NCBI GenBank assembly: GCA_963789395.1
Contig: CAWBKP010000001.1
Location: 1-49,590, forward strand
Direction of reading: 5' to 3'
Length of the DNA: 49,590 nucleotides
From: an uncultured delta proteobacterium
GTDB taxonomy: Bacteria; Desulfobacterota; Desulfobacteria; Desulfobacterales; Desulfatirhabdiaceae
The translations under genes and the position numbers were made by a program. The notes under the pieces were generated by a model that worked only from the letters and a program-made list of their open reading frames with translations, was not told where the DNA came from and made no database searches. Positions within the stretch are counted from its first letter, which is position 1; the number at the start of each line of letters is the position of its first letter. Positions 30,843 to 40,813 of the stretch are shown here, piece after piece.

Positions 30843-31202
30843 ATGGCAAGTATTCTGATTTGGGGAGATGAGCATGATTCGTGTCTGTTGGCCAGACGGG
30901 TTCTGGAGAAATTGGGACATGAAGTCACCCTGTTTACCGATCCCGAAGATGCCTTGCTCTGGTCTGTCAGACAGCAACCGGAACTGGTCGTGCTGGATTC
31001 AAAAGAAGGCACGGAATGCCTTCAGCTCTTCAGGAAATTGCATCGCAGTCTGCCTGCATCCAAAGTGATGATCATGACCAGCGTTGCGCTTTCGCCTGCG
31101 GACATGACTGATGCGCACCGGCTCGGGGCGGAAGTATGCCTGAACCGACCCATGGAAATAGGAGAATTTGAAAAAAGAGTAACGCAGTTGTTAACCCTTT
31201 GA
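30843..31202 (+). CDS. Single-domain response regulator (receiver), atypical
   Basis: CheY-like pattern ILIWGDE...LGHEV...LVVLD...VMIMTS...GA...LNRP; acidic pocket and conserved Lys are altered. Confidence 0.75.
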   Translation: MASILIWGDEHDSCLLARRVLEKLGHEVTLFTDPEDALLWSVRQQPELVVLDSKEGTECLQLFRKLHRSLPASKVMIMTSVALSPADMTDAHRLGAEVCLNRPMEIGEFEKRVTQLLTL

Positions 31203-31237
31203 AACATATTTCAACATCATAAAAAGGAGGAAATAAC

Positions 31238-32400
31238 GTGAACAATTTTGTTAAGCTGTTTATTGCCATAGCGATTGTAGGGGCATTTCTAGCCATGCCG
31301 TTACTGTCACCGGCACCTGCCTATGCGGACAAGCTGACTGACGCCATTGCAAAAACACCCGTGGGAACCGAAAAAGGCCAGATTGACGCCAAGGCCGAAA
31401 CCGGATATCTGGGAATTCCCGGTGCGCCGAACATCAATCCAATCATTGCCTTCTTCTGGGCTGTGTGGGTGGGCTGGATCTTTTCCACGGTCGGCGCTTT
31501 CGGAGGCGTCATGGCAGGCGTTGGCCACATCACCATATTCAAGCTAAGCGCATACGCCGGTCAGTTCAGGGATACCTCTCCGGCGCTCAACAAGGTGATC
31601 ACCGATTCCGTCCGGGTGTCCAACCAGTTTCTGGTCGGGTTGAGCGCATTGATATCTTCTTTCAATTATTACAAAATGGGAAGGCTGGTTCTGCCTTTGG
31701 CATCGCCCTGGCTCTGGGCTCCATGAGCGGCAGTTACCTGGTCCCCCTCCTGACTGCCGGAAAAGTAAGTTTCAAGGCTTACATCGGATATTTCGGGATT
31801 TTTGTTTTTGTCCTGGGATGCTGGATGCTGTATGAAACAACGCCTAAAGGAATGGCCAGCAAGAAAAAGGCCAAACAGGCTGCCGAGGCATTTGAAGCCA
31901 CCATGAAACGCCAGCGGGCAGGTGAGAATGTCGAAACCAGCGATCTGGGCGTAAAAGTCACCAAAGTATCGCTGACAAGTTTTAAATTCACTTTTTACGG
32001 TGTTGAATTCAGTTTCAATCCTTTCTATCCGTTTTTCGGCGGCTTCATTATTGCTTCCATTGCTTCATTTATCGGCGTTGGCGGCGGGTTTATGCTGGTA
32101 CCCTTTTTGACCAGCGTATCGGGACTTCCCATGTTTCTGTCTGCGGGAACCTCGGCATTTGCCGTTTTAATCGGCATGATAACAAGCATCTTCAGTTATT
32201 TACAGCAGGGCGTCCTGGTTCACTGGCCCCTGATCGGTCTTGAAATGGCCGGAATTGTCGCCGGTTCCATCGTCGGGCCGTATACGTCCAAATATATTTC
32301 CGATAAGTGGCTAAAAAGAATGTTCATCATCCTTGCCTTTGTGGTTGGCATTGATTACATACTCAAGGGGTTTTTCGGAATGAAGCTGATTCCCGGATGA
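31238..32400 (+). CDS. Sulfite exporter TauE/SafE family membrane protein; one frameshift near 31699
   Basis: GWIFSTVGAFGGVMAGVGH, SFIGVGGGFMLVPFL, AGTSAFAV; split over ORFs 31238-31726 and 31465-32400. Confidence 0.85.
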
Positions 32401-32524
32401 TCTACCCTGATGCGTCATTGGTATTAAAGATTGATCTCGAGAACCGGGATTGTGCGTTCACGGAACGATCCCGGTTCCGGACAGGATTTCCCTGCCGGAC
32501 ACCATAGTTGAACTGGAAATGTGT

Positions 32525-33127
32525 ATGGAACTGCTCAATGGACTGATGATAAAGTTGGATTCCGTGCTGATTTATTTCTACAGAGTACCGGATAACCCGG
32601 TAACGGGGTTTTTTCTGGGAACGTTCTTTCTCTGTCTGGCGTGTGCGATAGTCGGCGGTTATGCATCCATATTTTTTGCCGTAATCAACCGCAAGCATAA
32701 CGGGCGTCTGTATTCAGAAACGGTTTCCATGCACAATCTTTCCGTAAAAGCGATCGCGGTTAAAGACAAGGAAAACTATAAAAACTGCAACAAACTGGCC
32801 AATGAGGCTTTTGGCCGTTATTTTTTCGCGCAATTCGGCGCGGGGGCCTCTGCATTGCTGCCGGTCCCCTTTGCACTGGCATGGATGCAGCTGCGGTTTC
32901 AGGAAGTGAGTTTTTCCCTGCCGTTTCATATTCCCGGCATCGGTGAAACAGTAAGTTATCCCTTTATATTTATTTTTATGTATATCCTCTGTCGTATTTT
33001 CTTCCGGAAATTTCGCAACAGGCTTCCCTTTACCAGCGGAATGATCCGGAAAATCTTAGCTAACGATACGTCAGAAAAAATGCTGCGCTTTTCAGACCTG
33101 ATCAAACCCAACCCATACACGCTGTAA
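32525..33127 (+). CDS. Conserved hypothetical membrane protein
   Basis: About 3 hydrophobic segments; NKLANEAFGRYFF...ALLPVPFALAWMQLRF; lies within the operon; start uncertain. Confidence 0.7.
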   Translation: MELLNGLMIKLDSVLIYFYRVPDNPVTGFFLGTFFLCLACAIVGGYASIFFAVINRKHNGRLYSETVSMHNLSVKAIAVKDKENYKNCNKLANEAFGRYFFAQFGAGASALLPVPFALAWMQLRFQEVSFSLPFHIPGIGETVSYPFIFIFMYILCRIFFRKFRNRLPFTSGMIRKILANDTSEKMLRFSDLIKPNPYTL

Positions 33128-33271
33128 CGGCTTTTTAATACTTATCATTGATTTAACAGGCAGGTTTTGCAATACTTCATCAAAAAAGGTGGAACTGCGT
33201 TACAGTGCCATCGGCATTTACGACATTTTTTTTCAAAGCCATAACCTGTGACCAGTTCATCTGGAGGATAT

Positions 33272-35356
33272 ATGTCAAACGATGTGTTCAGTCTGTGTTT
33301 TATGTGTTCCATTCGCTGCCCGATCAAGGTATCGGTCGAATCCGGCCAGGTGAAATGGATCGAGGGAAATCCCCATGTTCCCGGTATGGAAGGGAGCCTT
33401 TGCCCTCGGGGGGCCGCGGGAATATCCCTGTTGTATGATACGGAAAGGGTTCAATCCCCCATGATCCGCACCGGCGAACGGGGAGAGGGAAAATGGCGGA
33501 AAGCCTCCTGGGATGAGGCGTTAGATTATACGGCGGACAAACTGAAGCAGGCTATCGAAACCCACGGCCCGCAAAGCGTGGTGTTCGGGGAACGCACCAA
33601 CCTGTCCACCCATGTCAGCAAAACCTTCATGAAGGCCATCGGCTCTCCCAATCACTTCACCCATGATGCGCTCTGCAAGGGATCGGTCAACACCGCCTGC
33701 CGCAGCCTTTTCGGGTATACCGATGCCCAGATGGGAATGGATTTAAAAAACAGCCGGCATATCGTTCTTTATGGCCGCAACATGTTTGAAGCCATTTCCG
33801 TCAAGGAAGTCAACAACCTGATGGATGCGCTGTCCGCCGGCGCCAAGCTGACCTACATCGACCCCCGCGTGTCGGTAACCGCCACCAAGGCCCACCGTTA
33901 CTGGATGATCCGGCCGGGAACGGATCTGGCCCTCAATTACGCCCTGATTCATGTCATTCTGGCCGAACGTCTCTACGACGCCGCCTTTGTAGACCGATGG
34001 GTCTCCGGCGTCTCCGAGCTTCAGGATTTTGTCCGCTCCTTTACACCGGAGTGGGCGGAAACAGAAACCGGCATTCCCGCATCGGAAATCGTCGCGCTGG
34101 CCCGGGAAGTCAGCCAGGACAAACCATCGGTCATCTTTCATTTTGGATACCGCGGCGCCCACCATGCCAATGAAATTTATCTGCGCCGATCCATTCTGAT
34201 TTTAAACGCGCTGATGGGAAGCATCGAAGCCAAGGGCGGGGTGTTCTTCAAAAAAGGGCCCGGCGCTCTCGGGAAAAAACCCGCTCGAAAATTAACCGAG
34301 CAGAAATTTGAAAAAATTTCGCTGCCCCGTTTCGACAAGGTCGGAACTGCCGATTTTCCCCTTCCGGACCCGGATCACGGGGTTCCCCAGATGCTGGCGC
34401 CGGCCATCCTGAACGATGACCCGTATCCGATCAAAGCCTTGATCGCCAACCGGTTCGATCCCCTCAAATCCATTCCCGACACCAATCAAATGAAACAGGC
34501 ATTAAGCAAGCTGGACCTGATAGTCGCCATCGATATCCATTACAGCGACATTGCCTGGTATGCCGATGTGATTCTGCCGGAATCCGTTTATCTGGAGAGA
34601 ACGGACTGTGTTCAGCAGGCCAATGGCCTCAAACCCCAGATGTTTTTAAGACGGCAGGCCGTCTCCCCCCGGTACGACACCCGCGAGGCCGCCATGATCG
34701 TCAAGCAGCTTGGCGAACGCCTCGGCATCGGCGCTTATTTCCCGTATGCCAGCATGGAAGAACTGGTCCGCTGGCAACTGGAACCTACGGGATTTACCCT
34801 GGAGGATTTTGAAGCCAAGGGATTTGTGGCCTACGGCAAGGATCAGATTTTCTGGGACCGCAAAGAGGGTATCCAGATTAAAACCCCGTCCGGGAAGATT
34901 GAACTCAAATCCTCGCTTCTGGAGAATGCGGGTTATGCCTCTTTCCCGGATTACGAACCGGTAACGACAAAGGCGGAGAACACTTTCCGGCTGGTTGTGG
35001 GCAGAAACGCCCTTCACACCCACGTGTCCACCCAGAACAATCTGTACCTCAGCGAGCTTTTCTCTGAAAACCAGCTCTGGATCAATTCCGGAAAAGCCGC
35101 CGGTCTGGGGATTCGCTCCAACGATACGGTGGCAGTCACATCCGCCTGCGGGTCGGGGAACATCAAAGCCTTCGTTACGGACCTTATTCATCCGGAGGCC
35201 GTGTTCATGATTCACGGATTTGGCCATGAAGCCAAGCAGGCCACCCGCTGCTTCAACAAAGGACTTTCAGACAGCGTCATTCAGGAGAATATTTCCGACA
35301 GGGTCGGCGGAAGCCCGGCACTTCATGACACTTTTGTTACGGTCACACCCGCCTGA
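33272..35356 (+). CDS. Molybdopterin (bis-MGD) oxidoreductase catalytic subunit, Psr/Phs-like, no Tat signal; copy 2
   Basis: MSNDVFSLCFMCSIRC...CPRG, HDALCKG (probable Cys Mo ligand), IRPGTDLALN, ADVILPESVYLE, TPSGKIE, RNALHTH; RBS GGAGGA. Confidence 0.92.
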   Translation: MSNDVFSLCFMCSIRCPIKVSVESGQVKWIEGNPHVPGMEGSLCPRGAAGISLLYDTERVQSPMIRTGERGEGKWRKASWDEALDYTADKLKQAIETHGPQSVVFGERTNLSTHVSKTFMKAIGSPNHFTHDALCKGSVNTACRSLFGYTDAQMGMDLKNSRHIVLYGRNMFEAISVKEVNNLMDALSAGAKLTYIDPRVSVTATKAHRYWMIRPGTDLALNYALIHVILAERLYDAAFVDRWVSGVSELQDFVRSFTPEWAETETGIPASEIVALAREVSQDKPSVIFHFGYRGAHHANEIYLRRSILILNALMGSIEAKGGVFFKKGPGALGKKPARKLTEQKFEKISLPRFDKVGTADFPLPDPDHGVPQMLAPAILNDDPYPIKALIANRFDPLKSIPDTNQMKQALSKLDLIVAIDIHYSDIAWYADVILPESVYLERTDCVQQANGLKPQMFLRRQAVSPRYDTREAAMIVKQLGERLGIGAYFPYASMEELVRWQLEPTGFTLEDFEAKGFVAYGKDQIFWDRKEGIQIKTPSGKIELKSSLLENAGYASFPDYEPVTTKAENTFRLVVGRNALHTHVSTQNNLYLSELFSENQLWINSGKAAGLGIRSNDTVAVTSACGSGNIKAFVTDLIHPEAVFMIHGFGHEAKQATRCFNKGLSDSVIQENISDRVGGSPALHDTFVTVTPA

Positions 35357-35382
35357 TCGGAATACGGATAGGGAGAAGGTTA

Positions 35383-35886
35383 ATGAGCAAATATTACTTG
35401 TTTCAGGATAAAAAAAAATGCATCGGCTGCCATAGCTGCGAGATACAGTGCAAAAGCAACAAAGGGCTGCCGGCCGGCCCCAAACTCTGCCAGATCATGA
35501 CCATCGGTCCCCGGTTTGTCGGAGGCCTTCCCAGGGCTTCTTATGTGTTTATGCCCTGCTTTCACTGCGAAAACCCCTGGTGCGTGGCAGCCTGTCCGAC
35601 CGGCGCCATGCAGAAACGGGCCAAGGACGGCATTGTTTTTGTGGATCATTCTTTGTGCGTGGGTTGCAAAACCTGCATCACGGCCTGTCCGTGGGGTGCG
35701 CCGCAGTGGAACCAGGAAATCGGCAAGGTCGTCAAATGCGACTACTGCATGGACCGCGTCGATAACGGGCTCAAACCGGCCTGCGTTACGGTATGCACAA
35801 CGCATTGCCTGGATTTCGGACCCGCGGAAGCCATGGGACAGGTCCGGCGGGAACGACATGCGGCGATTATCGCCGCAATGGAATAA
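35383..35886 (+). CDS. 4x[4Fe-4S] electron-transfer subunit (PsrB/PhsB-like); copy 2
   Basis: CIGCHSCEIQC, CFHCENPWCVAACP, CVGCKTCITACP, KCDYC...PACVTVC. Confidence 0.93.
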   Translation: MSKYYLFQDKKKCIGCHSCEIQCKSNKGLPAGPKLCQIMTIGPRFVGGLPRASYVFMPCFHCENPWCVAACPTGAMQKRAKDGIVFVDHSLCVGCKTCITACPWGAPQWNQEIGKVVKCDYCMDRVDNGLKPACVTVCTTHCLDFGPAEAMGQVRRERHAAIIAAME

Positions 35887-38054
35887 TGCGAGGAAAAATG
35901 CCTGATAACGGTTGTCCGGTGAATGCCGTCATTTCCGAACTGGATCAAATCGTTCATTCCGGAACCCTGAGAAACCCCAAAAGCCGGAGACGGGCCGAAG
36001 AAATTCTGGCCCTGATGCAGGATGTCGCCTGGGGCAGGGCCGGAAAGGAGCACCTGCCTTCCCTGAAAATTCTGATCAAAGAGTTGGGGGACGAAGGCCC
36101 GGATGGAATCTGCAAAACAATAAGCGCCTTGATCAGCAGAACCCTGAGCGAACACCACGAGGTGTTTGTCAGCCATGTGGAAACCCATAACTGCGCCACG
36201 GGAGACTGCGTGAAGCTGGCGCCCGCGCCCTGCCAGATGACCTGTCCGGCCGGACTCGACATCCCTACCTACGTTACCCTGATCGGCATGGGCCGGGATG
36301 CCGAGGCCATCGATGTCATCCGCAAGGACAATCCCTTTCCCTGGGTGTGCGGCCTGGTCTGTACACGTCCCTGCGAACTCATGTGCGTGCGGAGACGGAT
36401 CGACGAGCCGGTTTCCATCAAGTTTTTAAAAGCCTTTGCCGCAGAAAGGGCCATGTCCGAAAGGCTGTACCTGAATCCGGAAAAGGATCCGGACAAGGGG
36501 CAGAAGGTCTGCATCATCGGCGCCGGTCCCGGAGGCATGAGCGCCGCCTATTATCTGGCCCTCAGGGGATACGGCGTCACCGTCATCGAATCCCTGCCCG
36601 TGGCAGGCGGCATGATGATGATCGGTATTCCCAGGTACCGTCTGCCCCGCGAGGTGATCGACCGGGAAGTGGCCATGCTGGAGGATCTTGGCGTTGAATT
36701 TCGGTTCAGCACCGAATTTGGAAAAGATGTTACCTTCGAAGGATTGAAATCCGAAGGCATTGACGCCTTCTTTTTTGCCATTGGCGCCCATAAATCATTT
36801 CTGCTGAATATCCCCGGTGAGAACAACTATCCCCAGGTCCTTCAGGCCATTGATGTGCTGAAACGGGTGGCTCTGGGAGAGCGGAAAATTCCCGGTAAAA
36901 AAGTCGTTGTCATCGGCGGCGGGAATGTTGCCATCGATGCGGCCAGAACCTGTCTGAGGCTGGGATGCGACCAGGTAACCCTTGCATATCGCCGAACCCG
37001 CGCGGAGATGCCGGCGGATATCGAGGAAGTGGAACAGGCAGAGGAAGAGGGAATCCACATTTCATTTTTGACTATTCCTGCTGAAATTATTGGAGAAAAC
37101 GGCAGGGTGACAGCCCTTCGCTGTATCCGGGCGGAAATGGTCAGCCAGGAAGGCAGCAACCGGAAATATCCGGTCCCGGTTGCGGGCAGCGATTACCTGA
37201 TCGAAAGCGATGTGGTGATTTCCGCCATCGGCCAGCAGGTGGACCAGGACTGCCTGGCATCTCTTCCGGAGCTGAAATGGACCAGAAGAAATACCCTGGA
37301 TGCCAGCAAGGTCAGCATGGAAACCGCCATTCCCGGAATCTTTGCCGCCGGCGACGCGGTGACAGGGCCCGCCACCGTCATCGAGGCCATCGGCGGCGGC
37401 AAACGGGCAGCAGATGCCATTGACCGGTATTTATCCGGCATTCCCCAGCCCAAGATGCCGCCGGTTCCGGTCAGAAGAGGGAGAATCGAATGGCTGGAGG
37501 TTCCTGCCAGCACCAAAATGGTTTTAAAGCGTCCCCAAATGCCCGTACTGGCCATTGACCGGAGACGAACCACGTTTCAGCAGGTTGAACTCGGTTATTC
37601 GGAAAACATGGTCCGTGAAGAAGCCAGAAGATGCCTGCGATGCGATGTCTGCCTGCGCTGCGGGCGCTGCGTGGAAATCTGCCGGGATAAAATGGGAATC
37701 GAAGCCCTGAAAATGGGCTATATTGATTTCGATCATCCGGGCCCGACGGATTTCAGAATCACCGAGGAACGCTGCATTCTCTGCGGGGCCTGCGCCGCCA
37801 ACTGCCCCACCCAGGCCATGAAAATCGAAGACCGTAAAGGGGAAAGAATCCTCTCCCTATGTGGAACCATCTTAAACCGCCAGAAATTAACCTGCTGCAC
37901 AAGCTGCGGGGCGGTCATGGGACCTGCCAGATATCTGGAGTACATCCGCAACAAAACCCGATCCGTCATTCAGTTTGCAGGCATTCGACCGATATGCGAC
38001 GCCTGCGCCCGGAAAAATTCGGCGGGTTTCATCGATGAGATAACGCCGGTTTAA
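35886..38054 (+). CDS. FAD/NAD(P)H-dependent iron-sulfur flavoprotein (GltD/SudA/NfnB/DsrL superfamily) with extra C-terminal ferredoxin domain
   Basis: Degenerate NuoF C-terminus-like N-terminus; PCQMTCPAG...VCGLVCTRPCELMC; IIGAGPGG; VIGGGNVAIDAAR...AYRR; FAAGD; RCLRC, CLRCGRCVEIC, CILCGACAANCP, CTSCG/CDAC. Confidence 0.9.
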   Translation: MRGKMPDNGCPVNAVISELDQIVHSGTLRNPKSRRRAEEILALMQDVAWGRAGKEHLPSLKILIKELGDEGPDGICKTISALISRTLSEHHEVFVSHVETHNCATGDCVKLAPAPCQMTCPAGLDIPTYVTLIGMGRDAEAIDVIRKDNPFPWVCGLVCTRPCELMCVRRRIDEPVSIKFLKAFAAERAMSERLYLNPEKDPDKGQKVCIIGAGPGGMSAAYYLALRGYGVTVIESLPVAGGMMMIGIPRYRLPREVIDREVAMLEDLGVEFRFSTEFGKDVTFEGLKSEGIDAFFFAIGAHKSFLLNIPGENNYPQVLQAIDVLKRVALGERKIPGKKVVVIGGGNVAIDAARTCLRLGCDQVTLAYRRTRAEMPADIEEVEQAEEEGIHISFLTIPAEIIGENGRVTALRCIRAEMVSQEGSNRKYPVPVAGSDYLIESDVVISAIGQQVDQDCLASLPELKWTRRNTLDASKVSMETAIPGIFAAGDAVTGPATVIEAIGGGKRAADAIDRYLSGIPQPKMPPVPVRRGRIEWLEVPASTKMVLKRPQMPVLAIDRRRTTFQQVELGYSENMVREEARRCLRCDVCLRCGRCVEICRDKMGIEALKMGYIDFDHPGPTDFRITEERCILCGACAANCPTQAMKIEDRKGERILSLCGTILNRQKLTCCTSCGAVMGPARYLEYIRNKTRSVIQFAGIRPICDACARKNSAGFIDEITPV

Positions 38055-38064
38055 TGTTGTCCGA

Positions 38065-38111
38065 AGGCTGAAGACTGAAGTGTGCTCAATATATCCTTCA
38101 GACTTCAGCCT
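38065..38111. terminator. Heptamer-built hairpin at the end of the operon
   Basis: AGGCTGAAGACTGAAG ... CTTCAGACTTCAGCCT. Confidence 0.55.
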
Positions 38112-38453
38112 ATCCGCTCGGACGTCTCTCCTGTTTTCCCCATCCGACTATCATGACTGCAAAAAATCCGCTTTTGTTTTTAACATTCGCCGGGATTTTA
38201 TCCCTGCGGTGATTGTGCATATGGCTTCTACCGCTCTGATTTTCAAACTGGATTTCCAGCGGGCGGTTCTAGCAGGAACAGCCGTTTCAACATGTGCTTT
38301 ATAAGATATTTTTCAAGACGGTTCTGGAAATATCCCGGTCATCGGAAGCGGGTTTGATCGGCATAGTCCATGCGATGGCGCTCGGGACAACTATAATCTT
38401 TCATAATCATATATGTTTTTGAGTACTATTTGTATTCACTTTAATATTGGCAC

Positions 38454-38497
38454 TTGACTTTGAATTACGGAACCACTATATTCAATTAAACGAATAT
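38454..38497 (+). promoter_or_regulatory. sigma70 promoter with overlapping ArsR-type operator palindrome
   Basis: TTGACT-17 nt-TATATT; ATATTC-N8-GAATAT (38478-38497) overlaps the -10 element. Confidence 0.7.
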
Positions 38498-38507
38498 GGA
38501 GACCAAC

Positions 38508-38852
38508 ATGGATCAATTTATCAAAGTCATGAAAGCCCTATCTGATCCCGGCCGGCTGAAAATCATCAAAATGCTTCAGCATAAGCCCATGTGCGTGTGT
38601 GAAATTCAAAAGGCCCTGGATATTCCTCAGCCGACCGCATCCAGGCAGCTGAAAATCCTGGAAGATGCAGGACTGGCTGTCAGTCAGAAGAGCGGTCTGT
38701 GGGTCAATTACAATCTTGCGAACGGTGTGGACAGCCCATACGCAGCCATGCTGCTGGGTGGCCTGAAACACTGGCTTGAGGATGATCCGGAAATTGCCCG
38801 GTTGGTCGGCAAACTCCCTGAAATCCGCAGGGAAGAAATCTGTAAAGAATAA
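38508..38852 (+). CDS. arsR: ArsR/SmtB family metalloregulatory repressor
   Basis: KALSDPGRLKI, MCVCEI (As(III)-binding CVC box), SRQLKILEDAGL, GLWVNY. Confidence 0.9.
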   Translation: MDQFIKVMKALSDPGRLKIIKMLQHKPMCVCEIQKALDIPQPTASRQLKILEDAGLAVSQKSGLWVNYNLANGVDSPYAAMLLGGLKHWLEDDPEIARLVGKLPEIRREEICKE

Positions 38853-38861
38853 GGAAGCATC

Positions 38862-39959
38862 ATGAAAAATATCAATGCCCAATCCTGCTGTACGACGATA
38901 CCGGATGCATCGGGGACTTCCGCCGATTCAGGGGAAAAATCCCGTACCATCCGGTATATACTTTACATGATCCCTTTGGTGATTTTATGGGGACTCATTT
39001 ATCAGGAACTGGCGTATTTCTCCCGCATGATGACCTATACCGTGCTGCGGCTCCAGGAAGGAAACCACCTGAGCAGCGCCATCGAGTTTTTCATTTTTGA
39101 AACGCCTAAAGTTCTGATGCTGCTGACCCTGGTTGTGTTCGGGGTGGGCATTGTCCGGTCTTTTTTTACCCCGGAAAAAACCCGCAAAATACTGGCCGGC
39201 AAACGCGAATCCTTCGGCAACGTACTGGCAGCGCTTCTGGGGATCGTCACCCCGTTTTGCTCCTGCTCCGCGGTGCCGCTGTTTATCGGATTTGTCACCA
39301 CGGGCGTTCCGCTTGGCGTCACCTTTTCTTTTTTGATTTCCGCGCCCATGGTAAACGAAATCGCTCTGGTGCTGCTCTACGGCCTCTTTGGCTGGAAAGT
39401 GGCCGCCATTTACCTGGGTACCGGCCTGATGATCGCCATGATCGCCGGATGGACAATCGGAAGGCTTCGCATGGAGCGGCATCTTGAGGACTGGGTGCTT
39501 CAGATTCAGGCCGGCGGAAACGGCATGGTTGAAGAAGAATTGAGCTGGGCAGACCGGATTCAGCATGGCGTGGATGCGATCAAGGATATTGTCGGAAAGG
39601 TCTGGATTTATGTAGTGGTCGGCATTGCAGTAGGCGCCGGAATTCACGGGTTCGTGCCCGAAGGATTCATGGCATCCATCATGGGAAAAGGCGCATGGTG
39701 GTCGGTGCCCATCGCGGTTTTGTTGGGAATTCCCATGTATTCCAACGCCGCCGGCATCATTCCCGTGGTTCACGCCCTGATTGAAAAAGGCGCGGCCCTC
39801 GGAACGGTTCTGGCGTTTATGATGTCCGTAATTGCGCTCTCCCTTCCGGAAATGGTAATCCTTCGCAAAGTTTTAAAACCTGCGCTGATTGCCACCTTTA
39901 TCGGCGTAGTGGGCGTCGGGATTCTAATCGTCGGATATCTGTTTAACCTGCTGATTTGA
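38862..39959 (+). CDS. arsP: ArsP-type permease (DUF318)
   Basis: TPFCSCSAVPLFIGF, FLISAPMVNE, GIPMYSNAAG, ALSLPE. Confidence 0.88.
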   Translation: MKNINAQSCCTTIPDASGTSADSGEKSRTIRYILYMIPLVILWGLIYQELAYFSRMMTYTVLRLQEGNHLSSAIEFFIFETPKVLMLLTLVVFGVGIVRSFFTPEKTRKILAGKRESFGNVLAALLGIVTPFCSCSAVPLFIGFVTTGVPLGVTFSFLISAPMVNEIALVLLYGLFGWKVAAIYLGTGLMIAMIAGWTIGRLRMERHLEDWVLQIQAGGNGMVEEELSWADRIQHGVDAIKDIVGKVWIYVVVGIAVGAGIHGFVPEGFMASIMGKGAWWSVPIAVLLGIPMYSNAAGIIPVVHALIEKGAALGTVLAFMMSVIALSLPEMVILRKVLKPALIATFIGVVGVGILIVGYLFNLLI

Positions 39960-39975
39960 TCATGGAGAAAAGTAA

Positions 39976-40455
39976 ATGAGCGCAGCGATCAGCACAGCCG
40001 ATGGTGAGCCGGAGCCGGTCAACGGGCAGAAACTGAAAATCCTGTTTTTGTGTACCGGCAACACCTGCCGAAGCCAGATGGCCGAAGGGCTTGCGCGGCA
40101 CTTGAAATCGGAGCACATCGAGCCGTATTCCGCAGGCGTGGACCCCGGCGCGCTGAATTCCCGCGCAGTAAAGAGCATGGCGGAAATCGGCATCGATATT
40201 TCTGGCAGCACGCCAAAAACCATTGAAAGCCTGAGTCACATCATTTTCGATTACGTGATTACTCTCTGTGATCACGCCAATGAATCCTGCCCGCTGTTTC
40301 CGGGAAAAACAAAAAAACTGCACCGGGGCTTTGAAGACCCGCCCAAGCTGGCTGAAACCGCGGCAACCGAAGAGGAAGCCATGGTCCACTATCGAAATGT
40401 ACGCGATGAGATCAGGGTTTTTGTGGAAAAACTCCCGGATATTCTCTACGATTGA
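39976..40455 (+). CDS. arsC: Thioredoxin-dependent arsenate reductase (LMW-PTPase fold)
   Basis: LFLCTGNTCRSQMAEG, ITLCDHANESCPLFPG, FEDP, VRDEI. Confidence 0.9.
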   Translation: MSAAISTADGEPEPVNGQKLKILFLCTGNTCRSQMAEGLARHLKSEHIEPYSAGVDPGALNSRAVKSMAEIGIDISGSTPKTIESLSHIIFDYVITLCDHANESCPLFPGKTKKLHRGFEDPPKLAETAATEEEAMVHYRNVRDEIRVFVEKLPDILYD

Positions 40456-40562
40456 ATTGTTTCAACGTGAAGTGTTACTTGATTTTTTCATTGTTGGGTG
40501 CAACCGCTCTCTGGTTCATGACCATATAGACAAAAAGAAACAACACCTGAAAGGAGATTGTG

Positions 40563-40802
40563 ATGGAAATCAAAGTCCTGGGTCCTGGCTGCAGCAAATG
40601 CCACCAGACGGAAAAAGTACTCATGGAAGCCATGGCGGATGCCGGAATATCCGCAGATGTTGAAAAAGTGACGGATATGATGAAAATCGCAGGCTATGGC
40701 GTGTTCGGCACCCCGGCCGTGGTTGTCAACGGCGAGGTCAAGAGCGTTGGCAAGATTCCCAAGAAAGATGAAATCAAAAAATGGCTGGCTGCGGCAAAAT
40801 AA
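40563..40802 (+). CDS. Small thioredoxin-like redox-active disulfide protein
   Basis: MEIKVLGPGCSKC...TPAVVVNGEVK. Confidence 0.88.
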   Translation: MEIKVLGPGCSKCHQTEKVLMEAMADAGISADVEKVTDMMKIAGYGVFGTPAVVVNGEVKSVGKIPKKDEIKKWLAAAK

Positions 40803-40813
40803 CAGGATAAATC

